A stretch of 64,000 nucleotides of DNA from Phaeosaccion multiseriatum (taxonomy: Eukaryota; Protista; Ochrophyta, other classes), in assembly GCA_965112735.1 (NCBI GenBank), contig OZ218954.1:3782001-3846000 (forward strand), given 5' to 3'. Positions 48,370 through 61,654 of this stretch are shown piece after piece. The notes beneath the pieces are model-generated. The model did no database searches and was not told where the DNA came from. It saw only the letters and a list, made by a program, of their open reading frames with translations. The translations under genes and the position numbers were made by a program. The first letter of the stretch is position 1; each line of letters begins with the position of its first letter.

Positions 48370-48411
<42 letters not shown>

Positions 48412-51400
48412 CCTCTCTTCCTCACTCTCCCCCTCCCTGCTTCCCTCACGCCCTCTCTCTCTCTGTAGGATGTAACGTCGTACTGGGCAGACGCCATCAG
48501 CGCTAACCACGCTTTAGGCCCGGAACACTTCGACAGCCAACACATCTACAGGGGTGCGTGTCGTACCACCAACACATGAACCTGTCAGAGACGAAGTGTA
48601 TATCAACCACCATCCCCATCGCCTTTCTCCCATAGACTACGATCCCGCCCCCTGCCCTCCCATAGACTGTCATCCTCCCCCTACCCTCTCTCTGCCACAC
48701 TCATACCCTACCTCTCCCTGCCGTCCATTGCCATCCACTGCCACCCCCCCCATCTCTCTCTTCCAGTGGAGTGGCAGCCCGGCAAGAAGGGGTACATTCG
48801 CTGGTACCTAGATGGGGCCTTTGTGTTCGGCCTGGTGAGTGGAGGAGGGACAGAGGGAAAGCTTGGGCAGCAGAGGAGCCCACTTTCTGAGAGTATGGGC
48901 AGCAGAGGAGCTGTTGGGCGTGGGAGGAGCCTCCTCTCTCCCCTCCCTCGATGCTTAGTTAGGCATGTTGGGCATCAGCGCCCTGCCCACTCTGTCATGT
49001 TGGGCATCAGATCGCTGCCCACTTTCTCTCTCTGTGTCTATGCACCGCGTCTGAGTCTTCGCCCATCCACTGCCATCTGTCATACACACACAGAGACCCC
49101 CTCTTCTCTTCCTCTCCGTTCTCTCACTCTCACCAAACTCTCTTTGTACCCATCCACCCACCCGCCTACCCACCATCCACCCACTGCCATCTCTCGATAC
49201 CTCCATCCATCCTCAGACGCAGGAGACGCTCTCTGCTCACTCTCCAGGGTCCATCATCCCCGTGGAGCCCATGTACATCCTCTTCAACACCGCCATGTCC
49301 ATCACGTGGGGCTTCCCCCAGCCCTGCCCCGTCACCTGCCCGTGTGACTGCTGGGACGCCAGGTTAGAGAGGGGATGGCAGTGGATGGGCAGGGTAGAGA
49401 GGGATGGATGTGGAGGTTAGAGAGGCAGGGTGGGATGGGATGGCAGTGGATGGGGAGAGGGACAGGTGTCAGGACAGGGGGTGTCAGGACTGGGGTATGT
49501 CAGGGGGGGCTCTTGCTCGTGGCAGAGCAGCAGAGAGAGGGAGAGAGCGAGACAAGTGTTGCTTGCGCAAGCGTCACTCTCACGGACTTGTTCTGTTCAC
49601 ACTGCCCCTCCCCTCAACACTCACGGACTTGTTCTGTTCACACTGCCCCTCCCCTCAAGCCCGTCGCTCAACCCCATGCATGATGCGTTTGTTTCGTGCT
49701 TGTGTGTGTCTCTGTCCATGTCTGCGTGCGTGCGTGTGTGCATCCATCCATGTGTGTGTGTGTGTGCCTGTCCGTGTGTGTGTGTGTGCGTCGCGCTCCA
49801 GAAACCCGCACTGCACCTGCGCCGTCCCCCCGGGTCTTGCCGACATCTTTCCCGCCAACTTTGAGGTGGACTGGGTGCGTGTGTACCAAAACAGGGATGA
49901 CCCCACGCACTCCAAGGGCTGCAACCCGCCCAACAGGCCTACGGACAAGTGGATACGGGCACATGCGCAACACTACAAGGACCCAGCGGTGCGTGAGTAG
50001 GGTGGGGGGGTTGGCTGAGGGACGGACTTTGTGTTTTGTGTTGCCCTCCGCTTGCTTGTGTGGTCAGCGGAAAAGAGCCCTCCCAGGCACACATATGCAC
50101 ATACACACAGAGACACGCACACACACATACACACACACACATACACACACATACACACATACACACCAACACCAACACACACACATAGACACGCACACAC
50201 ACACACACACAGCAGAGACACACACACAGACACACAGATACACAGACACACACACACACACGCACACACACACAAACACACACACACACACACAAAACAC
50301 ACACACGCACACACACATACACACACACATAGACACGCACACACATACACACACACCAACACACACATAGACACGCACACACATACACACACACCAACAC
50401 ATACACACCAACACACACATAGACACGCACACACATACACACACACCAACACACACACACCAACACATACACATACACACACACACACGCACACACGGAC
50501 ACACATAGGAACACACACTGGCCCTGATCCCTGATCCCATCCATTGCCATCCCCTGACCCCTGACCCTTCCCCAGGACACTGAGGTGATGCGAGCCGTGC
50601 CCCAGGGGGGCGGTCCCTGCAAACACGACTCGGACTGCGGGCAGCTGCCCTCCAGCGACGCCCTTGCTCACCTGTACGGCCACTGCGAGGCCCTCCTCAA
50701 GCGCTGCCGCTGCAACGTGGGCTTTACAGGGCCGCACTGCCTCGCGCACGCCGCTTTCTCGGAGAAGAAGGACAGCGTCAAGGTGCACAGATTGGTACCC
50801 AAGCTCGAGCAGGTCAGTCAGTCAGTCAGTCAGTCAGTCAGTCAGTCAGGCAGGCACTCATTCAGGCAGTCATTCTGTCGGTAACGGGTGTCAGGCAGTC
50901 GTTCAGTCAGTAACGGGTGTCAGGCAGTCAGACAGACAGGAGCTGAACCCTTTTCGGAACCCCTTCACCGCCTTACCCCCTGCCCTGCCCATATGCCTCT
51001 GCCCTGCCCGGCCTTGCCCTCAGCCGCTGGTGCCTTGCTTCCTGGCAGTTACGCTCGTGGCGCTGCTAGGGGCCTTCTGCCTCACCGTGTACACAAGATG
51101 GGAGCATAGGAAAGTGAGTAAGGGAGGGAGTGAGTGAGTGAGTGAGTGAGGGAGTGAGGGAGTGAGGGAGTGAGTGAGTGAGTGGATGAGTGGGTGAGTG
51201 AGTGGGTGAGTGGGTGAGTGGGTGAGTGAGTGAGTGAGTGAGTGAGTGAGTGAGTGGGTGAGTGGGTGAGTGGGTGAGTGAGCGAGTGAGTGAGTGAGTG
51301 AGTGAGTGAATGGGTGAGTGGGTGAGTGGGTGAGTGAGTGAGTGAGTGAGTGAGTGGGTGAGTGGGTGAGTGAGTGAGTGAGTGGGTGAGTGGGTGAGTG

Positions 51401-52363
51401 AGTGAGTGAGTGAGTGAGGGAGTGAGGGAGTGCGTGAGTGAGTGGGTGAGTGGGTGAGTGAGTGAGTGAGTGGGTGAGGGAGTGAGGGAGTGCGTGAGTG
51501 AGTGGGTGAGTGGGTGAGTGAGTGAGTGAGTGAGTGAGTGGGTGAGTGGGTGGGTGAGTGAGTGAGTGAGTGGGTGAGTGAGTTAGTGAATGAGCGAGTG
51601 AGTGAGTGAGTGCGTGAGTGAGTGAGTGAGTGGGTGGGTGAGAGAGTGAATGAGTGAGTGAGTGAGTTAGTTAGTCAGTTAGTGAGTTAGTGAGTGATTG
51701 AGTGAGTGCGTGAGTGAGTGAGTGAGGGAGGGAGTGAGTGCGTGAGTGAGTGAGTAAGTGAGGATGTGAGTGAGTGAGTGAGTGAGTGAGCGGGTGAGGG
51801 GTGAGTGCATACTCCTTACTGGTGGGAGTGCTCGGGCCCTTGTACTTTGTCATTGATTTACTGACTTACTGGTGCCCACTTCGTGCACTTAGGGAGATAA
51901 GGTGCTTCTACTGTGGCTGTATGACCAACTGCTGTGACTGTGGCTGGCGATAGATGGCAGTGGATGGCGGTGGATGGCGGTGAATGGAAGTGGATGGCGC
52001 TCTCTGAGGGAGCAAAGCACGTAACTCCGTCAGAAAGCTACCCCACCCCATCTAGGCCACCCCTCGCCTCTCACCTCTCTCTCTCCTCTCGCCTATCCCA
52101 TCCCTTCCTTTCTCTCTCCTCTCGCCTATCCCATCCCTTCTTCCTCTCGCCTGTCCCATCCCTCCCTTCCTCTCTCCTCTCTTGTCTGGCCCCTCTCACC
52201 TCTTAGCAACGGAGTCTCTGGGCGCATGTCATTGAGGCGCCAGCGCGTGGGGGGGTGCCAGTGGCAGCAGTGGTGCCCAGGGGGGGCAGCAGTCCCAAGA
52301 GGTGGCAGCGGTACCCATGGGGGTAGCGGCAAGTCCCCCAACTGTTCCCCGACTGTTCCCTGA
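45142..52363 (+). CDS. GH16 KRE6/SKN1-like beta-glucan synthesis-associated protein (putative beta-1,6-transglycosylase)
   Basis: Signal peptide + [41 protein letters not shown], catalytic [11 protein letters not shown] (47051-47083), [20 protein letters not shown], an EGF-like segment and a C-terminal TM helix. The last exon (52207-52363) is tentative. Confidence 0.9.
51114..51805. repeat. (GTGA)n-rich array starting at an intron donor
   Basis: About 690 bp of GTGAGTGA/GTGG variants directly following AAA|gtgagt. Confidence 0.92.
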
Positions 52364-52949
52364 CTGTACCCTGACTGTTCCGACCCCGACTGAGTGAGTA
52401 TAACCTCCAGATGCTCCTATAGTTTGCCACATGCTCCACCCAGCCAGCCAGTCAGCCAGCTAGTCAGCCAGCTAGTCAGCCAGCCAGCCAGTCGGCCAGT
52501 CAGTCAGTCGGCCAGTCAGTCAGTCAGTCGGCCGTTCAGTCGTTACGAGTCAGAGGCAGCAGAGCCTGCCGGCCAAAAGGAAGAAGAGGGCAGCCGATCT
52601 ATCACCGCCTCCCGCCCCCGACCCATTCGAGCAATGAGGCGTGTGTGGGGAGGAAGGAGCAGTGGGAAGCGAAGCCCTTGAGATGTGGTGGATGGAGGGG
52701 ATGAGCAAGCCCTTGGTGGATGGACGGATGGATGGGGCAAGCAAGCCCTTGAGATTTGGTGGATGGATGGAGGGTGGTCTGATGAACTAGACCAACCACA
52801 CGGCCCCAAGGCAACCCTTCAAAGTACACAGTAGGAGTAGGTATCGTAGCGCGCTATTAATTTACGAGTTGTAGATAAAAAGGCGGCGGCTATCTACCCC
52901 TGACCGGGGTCTGTCTGGAGGCTCAGAGGTACTCGCTGCTGCTGCATCA

Positions 52950-53355
52950 TCAAGTGCCATCGCTGCTACTGCTGCTACTGCTGGTCCGGGTCGGTGCCTT
53001 CGTGTTAGTCTTCGTATTCGAAGTGCTGTCGCTGCAGCCTTTGCTGCCCCTCCTTCCCCCTGCTGCCGAGCTGCTGCTGCTAGTGCTAGTAACAGAAGTT
53101 GAAGTTGTGGCAGTACACGTAGTGCTGCCTCTGCTGCCCCTCCTGCCAGGCGCCGCTTCTGCCGCTACCGTCGAGCTGCTGCTGCTTTTCCTGTTGGGTA
53201 TTGGGTACCGATTGTGGACACCCATTGTCGCGCAGCACAGAGAGACAGGAGGGGAGACGGCGGACGGACTTGTGTATGTCAATTCCCCTTCCGTTGCCCC
53301 CCCCCCCGCCTCCCTATCTCCTCTAATCCTAACAACCCCCTCCAGGTCTCACTCC

Positions 53356-53410
<55 letters not shown>

Positions 53411-54123
53411 TTGATAGCTCCGCTCTTCTCACTACCCCCCGCCCGTACACTGCCATCCCGCCCTCCTCACTCACCTCCTGTCCTCCTCCTCCTTGGCCTT
53501 GCGCTTCATGGCCCGCTTCACGGAGTGCGCCACGAAGGTTCTGTCTACATCCTGATGTGCCCCGCCGTAGTACACTCCGCTCTTGGGCAGCTCCTCCTCC
53601 TCCTCCTCCTCCTCCTCCTCCTCCTCCTCCTCCTCCTCCTCCTCCTCCTCCTCCTCCTCCTCCTCCTCCTCCTCCTCCTCCTCCTCCTCCTCCTCCTCCT
53701 CCTCCTCCTCCTCCTCCTCCTCCTCCTCCTCCTCCTCCTCATCCTCCTCCTGCTCCTCCTGCTCCTCCTCCGCCTCAACATTCTCCGCCTCCTCTTTCTC
53801 CTCATCCTTCGGTGGCTCCTCCACAGTTCTTCGCTCCTCCTCCGCTTCTTCTGGCGCCGGCTCAATCTCTCGCTCAGGCTCAACTTGCGGCGACGGCATC
53901 CCTGTCTCCCCGTCCTTGTCCTCCTCTTCTTCGCCCTCACCAGGCTCGCTGTACTCTTCTTCTTGCTCCTCGTCTTCTTCTCCTTCTCCTTGCCCCTCTC
54001 CTTCCTCCTCCCCCCCGTCCAGCATCCCCCCTCTGGCATGGGCACTTGTTTTCATCTCCATTGCGGCTCTGCGGTACACGCACACGCACACACACACACA
54101 CACGCATACACGCACGCATACAC

Positions 54124-54180
<57 letters not shown>

Positions 54181-55756
54181 AGACAAGGTGGTCAGCAAAT
54201 GGACATCGGCCCACAGAGCGAGGCAGGAGGGCAGAGAGGGGAGGAGGGTTGATTGACAAATGAGAGGGTTTAAGCTCTCCCTCTCTTTGTGCGCATGTGT
54301 GCATGGTGCCTCTCTCTCTCTGCCTCTCTTCGATGTTCTATAGACCAGGCAGGCAGGGGCAGAGCACTGCAACCACAGTGCAACCACGGTGCAACCACAG
54401 TGCAACCACAGTGCAACCACAGATCTGGCGCGGAAAAGGCCCCAGCCCAACAAAGCATACGCAGGCCGTCAACGCCCCCCCATAGACCCTAAAGGGTACC
54501 TGAGTAAGCGCTGCCGCTCCTCCTCCTCCTCCTCCTCCTCCTCGCGCTCCCTCCTCCTTGCGTCCACCTCGTCCCTGTCCTTGTCTCGGAGTCTCTGTAA
54601 GTGTTCCTGCCGCCTTGCCTCGGACAGGGCCTCCTTCTTCGCGCTGAGCTCCCGGGGGGACAGCATGGGAGGGCTCGTGGCCTGTGAAGCGAAGGGATGG
54701 CAGTGGATGGAAGAGGAGGAGGAGGAGGAGGAGGAGGAGGAGGAGGAGGAGGAGGAGGAGGAGGAGGAGGAGGAGGAGGAGGAGGAAGGAGAAGCGGGTG
54801 AGAGGGAAGGGCAGCGGTTAGGCTGACTTGACTCACTGTCGGACTGAAGGAGGAGGGCTCCCGGGAAGGCTCTGCTCCTTGCCCCTTCTCTCTCTCTCTA
54901 TCTATGTCTGGGTGTGTGTCTGTCTGTGCAGTGCATCTCTCTCTGCCCTGCTCTGCCCATACACCCCTGCTCTGGTCTGCTCTGGTCTGTCCATATGCCT
55001 CCGCCCTGCTCTACCCATACGCCTCTGCTGTGCTGTGCCCATACGCCTCACCTTGGGGCTGACACACTTGACGGTGGGCTTGACCTTGGCGCACACCGTA
55101 GGGGGCTCTGAGAGAGGGATGGCAGTCGATGGCATGTGAGGTGATGCAATGGCGTGTGTATCATACCCTCGTATGCGTCCCCCCCTCCCGTGGATACGCG
55201 CGTGCGTGCGTGTGGAAGTACGTACCTCTCGCTGCCTTGAGGCTGAGCAAGTTGGAGTCCGCCGACACATCTGTGAGTCTCTCCTGGAGGCCCACCACGG
55301 CATCGTTGCGGAGCAACACTACGGTGTGGGACACGCCCAGAGCCACCTGGATGGCAGCGGATAGGGAGGGATGGCAGTGGATGGGCAGTCGGAGGGGATG
55401 GCAGTGGATGAGGGGGGGCGGATAAGGCCTCAGCGCAAAGGCTCTGTGTCGTGTGCCGGGATGGCAGTGGATGAGTAAGCGTGTCATGTCAGAACCTTAT
55501 CCCTCTCTCTCCTCTCGTCCCTCTCTCTCTCCCTCCTCACCCACTGCCATCCACTGCCATCCACTGCCATCCTCACCGTGTGCGGCACCGGCTTGCTTGT
55601 TGTGGGAGAGTCCACGACTTGTCTGCGAAGTTTCGTAAGGGGAGTGGGCTTGGGCAGGTAGCGATTTCCGTCGCCTGAGCTCACACACGCACACACGTCC
55701 ACACGCACATACACACACGCACACATACACACGCACACATACACGCACACATACAT

Positions 55757-55795
<39 letters not shown>

Positions 55796-55796
55796 T

Positions 55797-55844
<48 letters not shown>

Positions 55845-55875
55845 ACACACACACACACACACACAGTCACACACA

Positions 55876-55917
<42 letters not shown>

Positions 55918-58900
55918 GGTGAGGCTGGAGGGAAGTGTGAGCCCTTCCATTCCCTTCCATTCCCTTCCATTCCCTTCCATTCCCTTCCATTCCCTTCCCC
56001 TTCCATAACCGCCTGTCCCAAGCTGCCCGTCCTCCCGCGTCCTCCCCCATCCACTGCCATCCCTGCCTCCCCCCCCCCCCCATCCAGTGCCATCCCACTC
56101 ACCTCCCGTGCCGAGCTGCCCTTCCTCTCCCCAGCCCCAGGTCAGCAGTGTACCGCACACACTCACGAGGGCGCTGTGATTGAAGCCAGCCCACGCCTTC
56201 TTGGCTCTGCAGATGGCAGTTGATGGTGGGGGACGGGGGGGAGGGGACAGGGGCTGCGTGAGTACACGGGAACTGAACGCGTTCGAGCAGTGAGCACCCT
56301 TCTGGTGCCTTCTGAGCAGGGGTTGCCCCCCGCCTTGTGGTCAGGGGTTGTCTTTGTGCCTCTTGTGCTGCCTTCCCATGGCCTTGCCATCCCTCTTGTG
56401 CTGCCTTCCCATGGCCTTCCCATCTCCACTTCACACACCTCATGCCCTCTGGCAATGCCACTCGCAGAGGAAGGTCAGAGTAGGAGGGACCGTCCCTGTC
56501 CCTGTCTCTGTCTCTGTCTCTGCCTCTGTCTCTTCCGAGCCTCCCCCCTCCCCCACTGCCACTACCGCAGCCGAGTTGGCCGAACTCGTTGCTGCCAAAG
56601 GCGTAGGCCATCGCCTTGTCAGTCAGCACCAGCGAGTGACGACCGCCCTGATGGGAGGAGGAGGAGGAGGAGGAGGAGGAGGAGGAGGAGGAGGAGGAGG
56701 AGGGGGAGGAGGAGGAGGAGGAGGAGGAGGAGGAGGAGGAGGAGGAGGAGGAGGAGGAGGAGGAGGAGGAGGAGGAGGAGGAGGAGGAGGAGGAGGAGGA
56801 GGAGGAGGAGGAGGAGGAGGAGGAGGAGGAGGAGGAGGAGGAGGAGGAGGGGGAGAAGGAGGAGGAGGAGGAGGAGGAGGAGGAGGAGGAGGAGGAGGAG
56901 GAGGAGGAGGAGGAGGAGGAGGAGGAGGAGGAGGAGGAGGAGGAGGAGGAGGAGGAGGAGGAGGAGGAGGAGGAGGAGGAGGAGGAGGAGGAGGAGGAGG
57001 AGGAGGAGGAGGAGGAGGAGGAGGAGGAGGAGGAGGAGGAGGAGGAGGAGGAGGAGGAGGAGGAGGAGGAGGAGGAGGAGGAGGAGGAGGAGGAGGAGGA
57101 GGAGGAGGAGGAGGAGGAGGAGGAGGAGGAGGAGGAGGAGGAGGAGGAGGAGGAGGAGGAGGAGGAGGAGGAGGAGGAGCAGGGGACGGCAGCGGGTGGG
57201 GCGGAGGGAGGGGGGCGTCGGATTCGAGGAGAGGAAGGGGTTAGTGCCGTCGGGCAGGGGTGGAGGAGGATAGCTCCAACGGAAAGGGGCAACTCCCACT
57301 CCAACCCAAACTGCAACTCACAGCGCTGATACTTGTGACGGATCCGACGAAGTGCTCCGGTGGTACGAGGTGCGGCAAGTGTGCGATGGCCTGCTGCTTG
57401 GCGCTGGAAGAGCCCGAGCTAACCCCACCCCCGCCATTCCCTGCCATCCCCGTCCCCGTCCCCATCCCCATCCCCCCTCCTCCGGTCCCGGCCACCCCTG
57501 CTCCGCCATTGGTTGCCATCTGAGGCCCGACCCCTCCAAGGCCAGAGCCACCGTAGATGGCCTCTGCCTCGAGGCTCAGTAAGTCAGCAGAGAGCCCTAA
57601 CCGCCCGTGCTCGGCCCACCCGAAGGCGAAAAGTCGTGTGGAGAGGGCACCGCCCTTTAAAGGGTTCGAACCCAGGACAAGCACCAGGGTGTGGTGCATG
57701 CCGCAGGACACCTGAGGGAGGGGTGGCAGTGGATGGCAGTGGATGGCAGTGGATGGCAGTGGGTTGGGTAGGGTAGGGGGTGGGGTTCGGATCGAGGTTT
57801 GGGCATGTGTACCATAGACTGCCATCGACGAACGATTCCTCGGCACAGACGAAGCCAAAGAAAGCGACGGCACAGCCCCCCCACCCCTCCCCACCCCACT
57901 ACTCCACTCCTCCTAACGCCCCACCCCAGCATACCGTCCTCGTTCCATAAGTATCTTACCTTGATGACTCCGACGGCTTCAAAGTCGTCCTGATCCAAGC
58001 TGCCGTCTTCAAAGGCCTCTACACAGCGCGGAGAGCTGAAACCGTGCACCGCGTCTCTGCTAGTAGCCGTCTTGGTACTATGGCCAGTTGGGGTGCTGCT
58101 GCCAGTTGATGTGTTGCTGGCATTGCTCGTGCTCAGGCCCGCCCCCCCCCCCCCCCTGGGCCCCAGCCCCAGCCCCCCTGGGAACTCTCCGAGCCCGAGC
58201 TGCCCCGCTCGGTTGGAGCCCCAAGTGAAAAGAGAGCCTACGTATTACGTATGCATATGCGTATACGTACATAGGTAACCCGGGGGGTTGTGTGACGTCA
58301 GTGCCATCTTGAGGCGAGGGGTAGGGAATGAGTTGCCAAGAGGTTCCGCGTGTGTGTCTCTGTGTCTCCGTGTATGTATACATGCGTGTGTGTGTGTGTG
58401 CGTATGTGTATATGTATGTACGTGTGTGAGGATGTGTGTCACTTCCCAATCCAACGCCCAAGTCCGACTCACCTCCCGTGCCGGAGCGGAACCCCTCCTG
58501 CATGAACATGATGTCCTGCACGCTCAGCCCATCCACTGCCACCCCTCCCCTGACCAGCGCTGCCGTGCTCACCTCCCCACAAGACACCTCCATCACCCGA
58601 GCGTCTTCGAAGGCCTCCACCAAGCGAGGGTAGGGCGTGGCGTGCGTTAGGCTGCCATCTCCCAGGCCCTAGGGGGAGGGGAGGGGATATTTATTGACTT
58701 AGTGGGGAGGGGAGGGGAGGGGATTTTGATTGACTTCATAGGAATCACCTAAGGGGAAACTGAAACTGAAAGGGGAGGGGAGGGGTAGAGCAAAGGGAGA
58801 GGGAAAGTCAGAGCCGAGGAAGAGAGAGAGAGAGAGAAGGAGAGCGTATGATATGATCGATTGATTGCGTCAGTGAGAATAGAGAGAGGGAGAGGGTGTG

Positions 58901-60098
58901 ATCGATCGCATAATGAGGCTAGGAGCCTGAGAAGCTGAGAAGAGAAGAGGGGCACAGGGCCAATGCGGTATGGGTATGCATGCATCCACTGCCATCCCCC
59001 CATCCACTGCCATCCCCCCATCCATCAACTGCCACCGGCATGACGCACTTACCAGCTGCCCGCTGCTGCCCTCCCCCCATGTGAAGAGCTGTCCATCTGC
59101 AGTCACCGCGGCGCTGTGCCCCCCTCCACAGCTCAATTGGATCACCTGAGCCAGGCCAGTGTAGAGGCGTATGGGCAGGGCAGGCAGGGCAGGCAGGGCA
59201 GGCAGGGCAGGGTAGAGTGGAGGCATATGGGCACAATGCAGAAGCCCGGGACGGCTTGAATGAGCCCTCCCTCCCTCCCTCCCTCCGTCCCTCCCTCCCT
59301 CCCTCCCTCCCTCCCTCCCTCCCTCCCTCCCTCCCTCCCTCCCTCCCTCCCTCCCTCCCTCCCTCCCTCCCTCCCTCCCTCCGTCCCTCCCTCCCTCCCT
59401 CCCTCCCTCCGTCCCTCCGTCCCTCCCTCCCTCCGTCCCTCCGTCCCTCCCTCCCTCCCTCCCTCCCTCCCTCCCTCCCTCCCTCCCTCCCTCCCTCCCT
59501 CCCTCCCTCCCTCCCTCCCTCCCTCCCTCCCTCCCTCCCTCCCTCCCTCCCTCCCTCCCTCCCTCCCTCCCTCCCTCCCTCCCTCCCTCCCTCCCTCCCT
59601 CCCTCCCTCTCTCTCTCTCTCTCCAGTGTCTGCTCCTGCCCAGGGGCGGGCGGCCCCTGAGTTGACTTGAAAAACATTTCCTCTATTTGGGTACTTGATA
59701 CCCACTGACACCCACCCACCTTCTTCCCAGAGAGTGCATTGGCCGGCCCCGTGTCCAGAGGCAATGGCGCCGTTTCCCTCTCCCTCGCCATTCCCACCGC
59801 TGCCGCTGCGGCTCTCGATGTCGAGCTCGACTTCTTCTTTAGAGCCGATCCTGCGCCGGATCTCCGCCCCCCCCTGGGTAGATGAGATGCAAAGAGTACC
59901 CACGGGATGGATCACGCAGCAAGGAGTGGGTGAGTTATAGACGTAGGCAGGCGCCATAAGGCTCTCACGTCCGTCCGTCCCTGAAGAGTATGTCCGTCCC
60001 TCAGTTTGTCGGCTCCTCTCCCAAGTCAACTCCCATCCTTCCATCCTTGCCTTTTTTCCTCCCTCCCTCTCCCTCCCTCCCTCCCTCCCTCCCTTCCT

Positions 60099-60179
<81 letters not shown>

Positions 60180-60265
60180 CCTCCCTCCCTCCCTCTCTCC
60201 CGCCCCCTCCCTCCCTCCCTCCCTCCCTCCCTCCCTCCCTCTCCCTCTCCCTCTCCCTCTCTCCC

Positions 60266-60311
<46 letters not shown>

Positions 60312-61432
60312 CCTCCCTCCCTCCCTCCCTCCCCCCTCCCATCCCCCTCCCCCCTCCCCCCTCCCTCCCTCCCTCCCATCCCCCTCCCCCCTCCCATCCC
60401 CCTCCCCCCTCCCTCCCTCCCTCCCTCCCTCCCTCCCTCCCTCCCTCCCTCCCTCCCTCCCTTTCTCCCTCCCTCCCTCCCTCCCTCCCTCCCTCCCTCC
60501 CTCCCTCCACTCACCACGTGTAAATGTGGCCATTGGCGGTGAGGGCGTAACTCAAGGATCTTCCTCCCGAGGCCACAACAACATCCACAACGTAGTCTCC
60601 CTCTGCCCCGCTCGGACATGGACTACCCTTCCCTCCCCGCTTGGGAGGGGGGAAGCCGTTTTTGTTCCCCTTGGCGTTTTCTGCGGCAGATGCCTCTGCC
60701 TCTGCCTCCGCCTCCGCGGCCTCTGCTGACTCAAGGGACACCTCTCGTAGGCTGAGGAGGGGAGGAGGGGATGGTGTGTGCAGTAGACGAGATGGGAAGA
60801 GAGGCGAAGAGAGCGAGGCAGATGGGCGGAGAGTGCGGTAAGGAGAAAGAGGGAGAAGAGAAGAAGGAAAACGCACAGAGAAGCGACAGACAGAGAGTCG
60901 AGGGACAGAGGCAGCGGAGCGGATGAGCCTGCCCCACCCTTGTCCCTGACACTGACCAGGGATCGTAGGTGCTGCTGCCTCTCCCCAGCTGCCCCTGACA
61001 GCCAGCGCCGCACGTGAGCACCAGCGAGCGCCACCTGTGCTGACTGAGGAGGTCCTCCTGCTGCCTCCTCTCCGCTGCTCGGTGCACGCCAGGGGAGAGG
61101 GAACCACCGCCGCCGTCGCTGCTGCCGCTGCCACCGGCCTTTGGCCGCTTCTTAGACACCTTGGACCCTCTTGCGCTGAAGTCAGAGAGATTGATGCCAC
61201 TTTGCGACGAGAGCAGCACAGGGGCTCCCCCCCCGATCGGCACCCCATTGATGAGCCCCACTCCCCCGCTGGCCTTGGCCGCCTTTGCAAGTCTCCTGGT
61301 ATTGCTACCGCTAATACCGCTGCCGCCGCTGCTGGTCGCAGTGCCCAGCCCTGGCCCACCCTCGTCGAGCAGCAGAGAGGCAGAGAGCTGCGCGAGACGG
61401 GCTCGCGAATGCTCGGCTCCTGCGCGGGGCAT
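52950..61432 (-). CDS. RCC1/BLIP-II repeat protein with acidic low-complexity C-terminus
   Basis: Repeats such as QLSCGGGHSAAVTADGQLFTWGEGSSGQL, VSCGMHHT..FAFGWAEHGRLG, GGRHSLVLT..YAFGSNEFGQLG and AGFNHSALV..LLTWGWGEEGQLG, spread over about 15 exons. Confidence 0.88.
56654..57178. repeat. (GGA)n trinucleotide tract of about 525 bp, intronic
   Basis: Near-perfect run abutting the acceptor at 56648-56650 of the RCC1 gene. Confidence 0.95.
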
Positions 61433-61654
61433 GGCGCTCTTGGCGTCACAGCCTGTGTTGGATGCGATCGCCCACGCTGAGGCGAACCTAACCAGAAGGC
61501 TTCATCATCACTGTTTGTCTTTTGAAGTAATTAAAAAAAGTCCTCCTCTTTCGCTCCCGTTACGAACGCCCGATGGTGCATGTGGTTCTTCACCTACGAA
61601 GTCACAGCTGGTTTTCTGAACACGGGAATTCCTTGCACTAATTGAGAAGAGGCG
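61433..61654. promoter_or_regulatory. Putative bidirectional promoter region
   Basis: About 220 bp, relatively AT-rich, between the divergent ATGs of the RCC1 and P4H genes. Confidence 0.45.

Noticed and set aside
56099-57316. Long poly-S/G/R/L ORFs on both strands
   Set aside because: Stop-free translation of the intronic (GGA)n tract.
59142-60619. GGRE/PPSL-repeat ORFs (also near 24.3, 25.3 and 27.4 kb)
   Set aside because: Translations of (GGAG)n/(CT)n intronic microsatellites.
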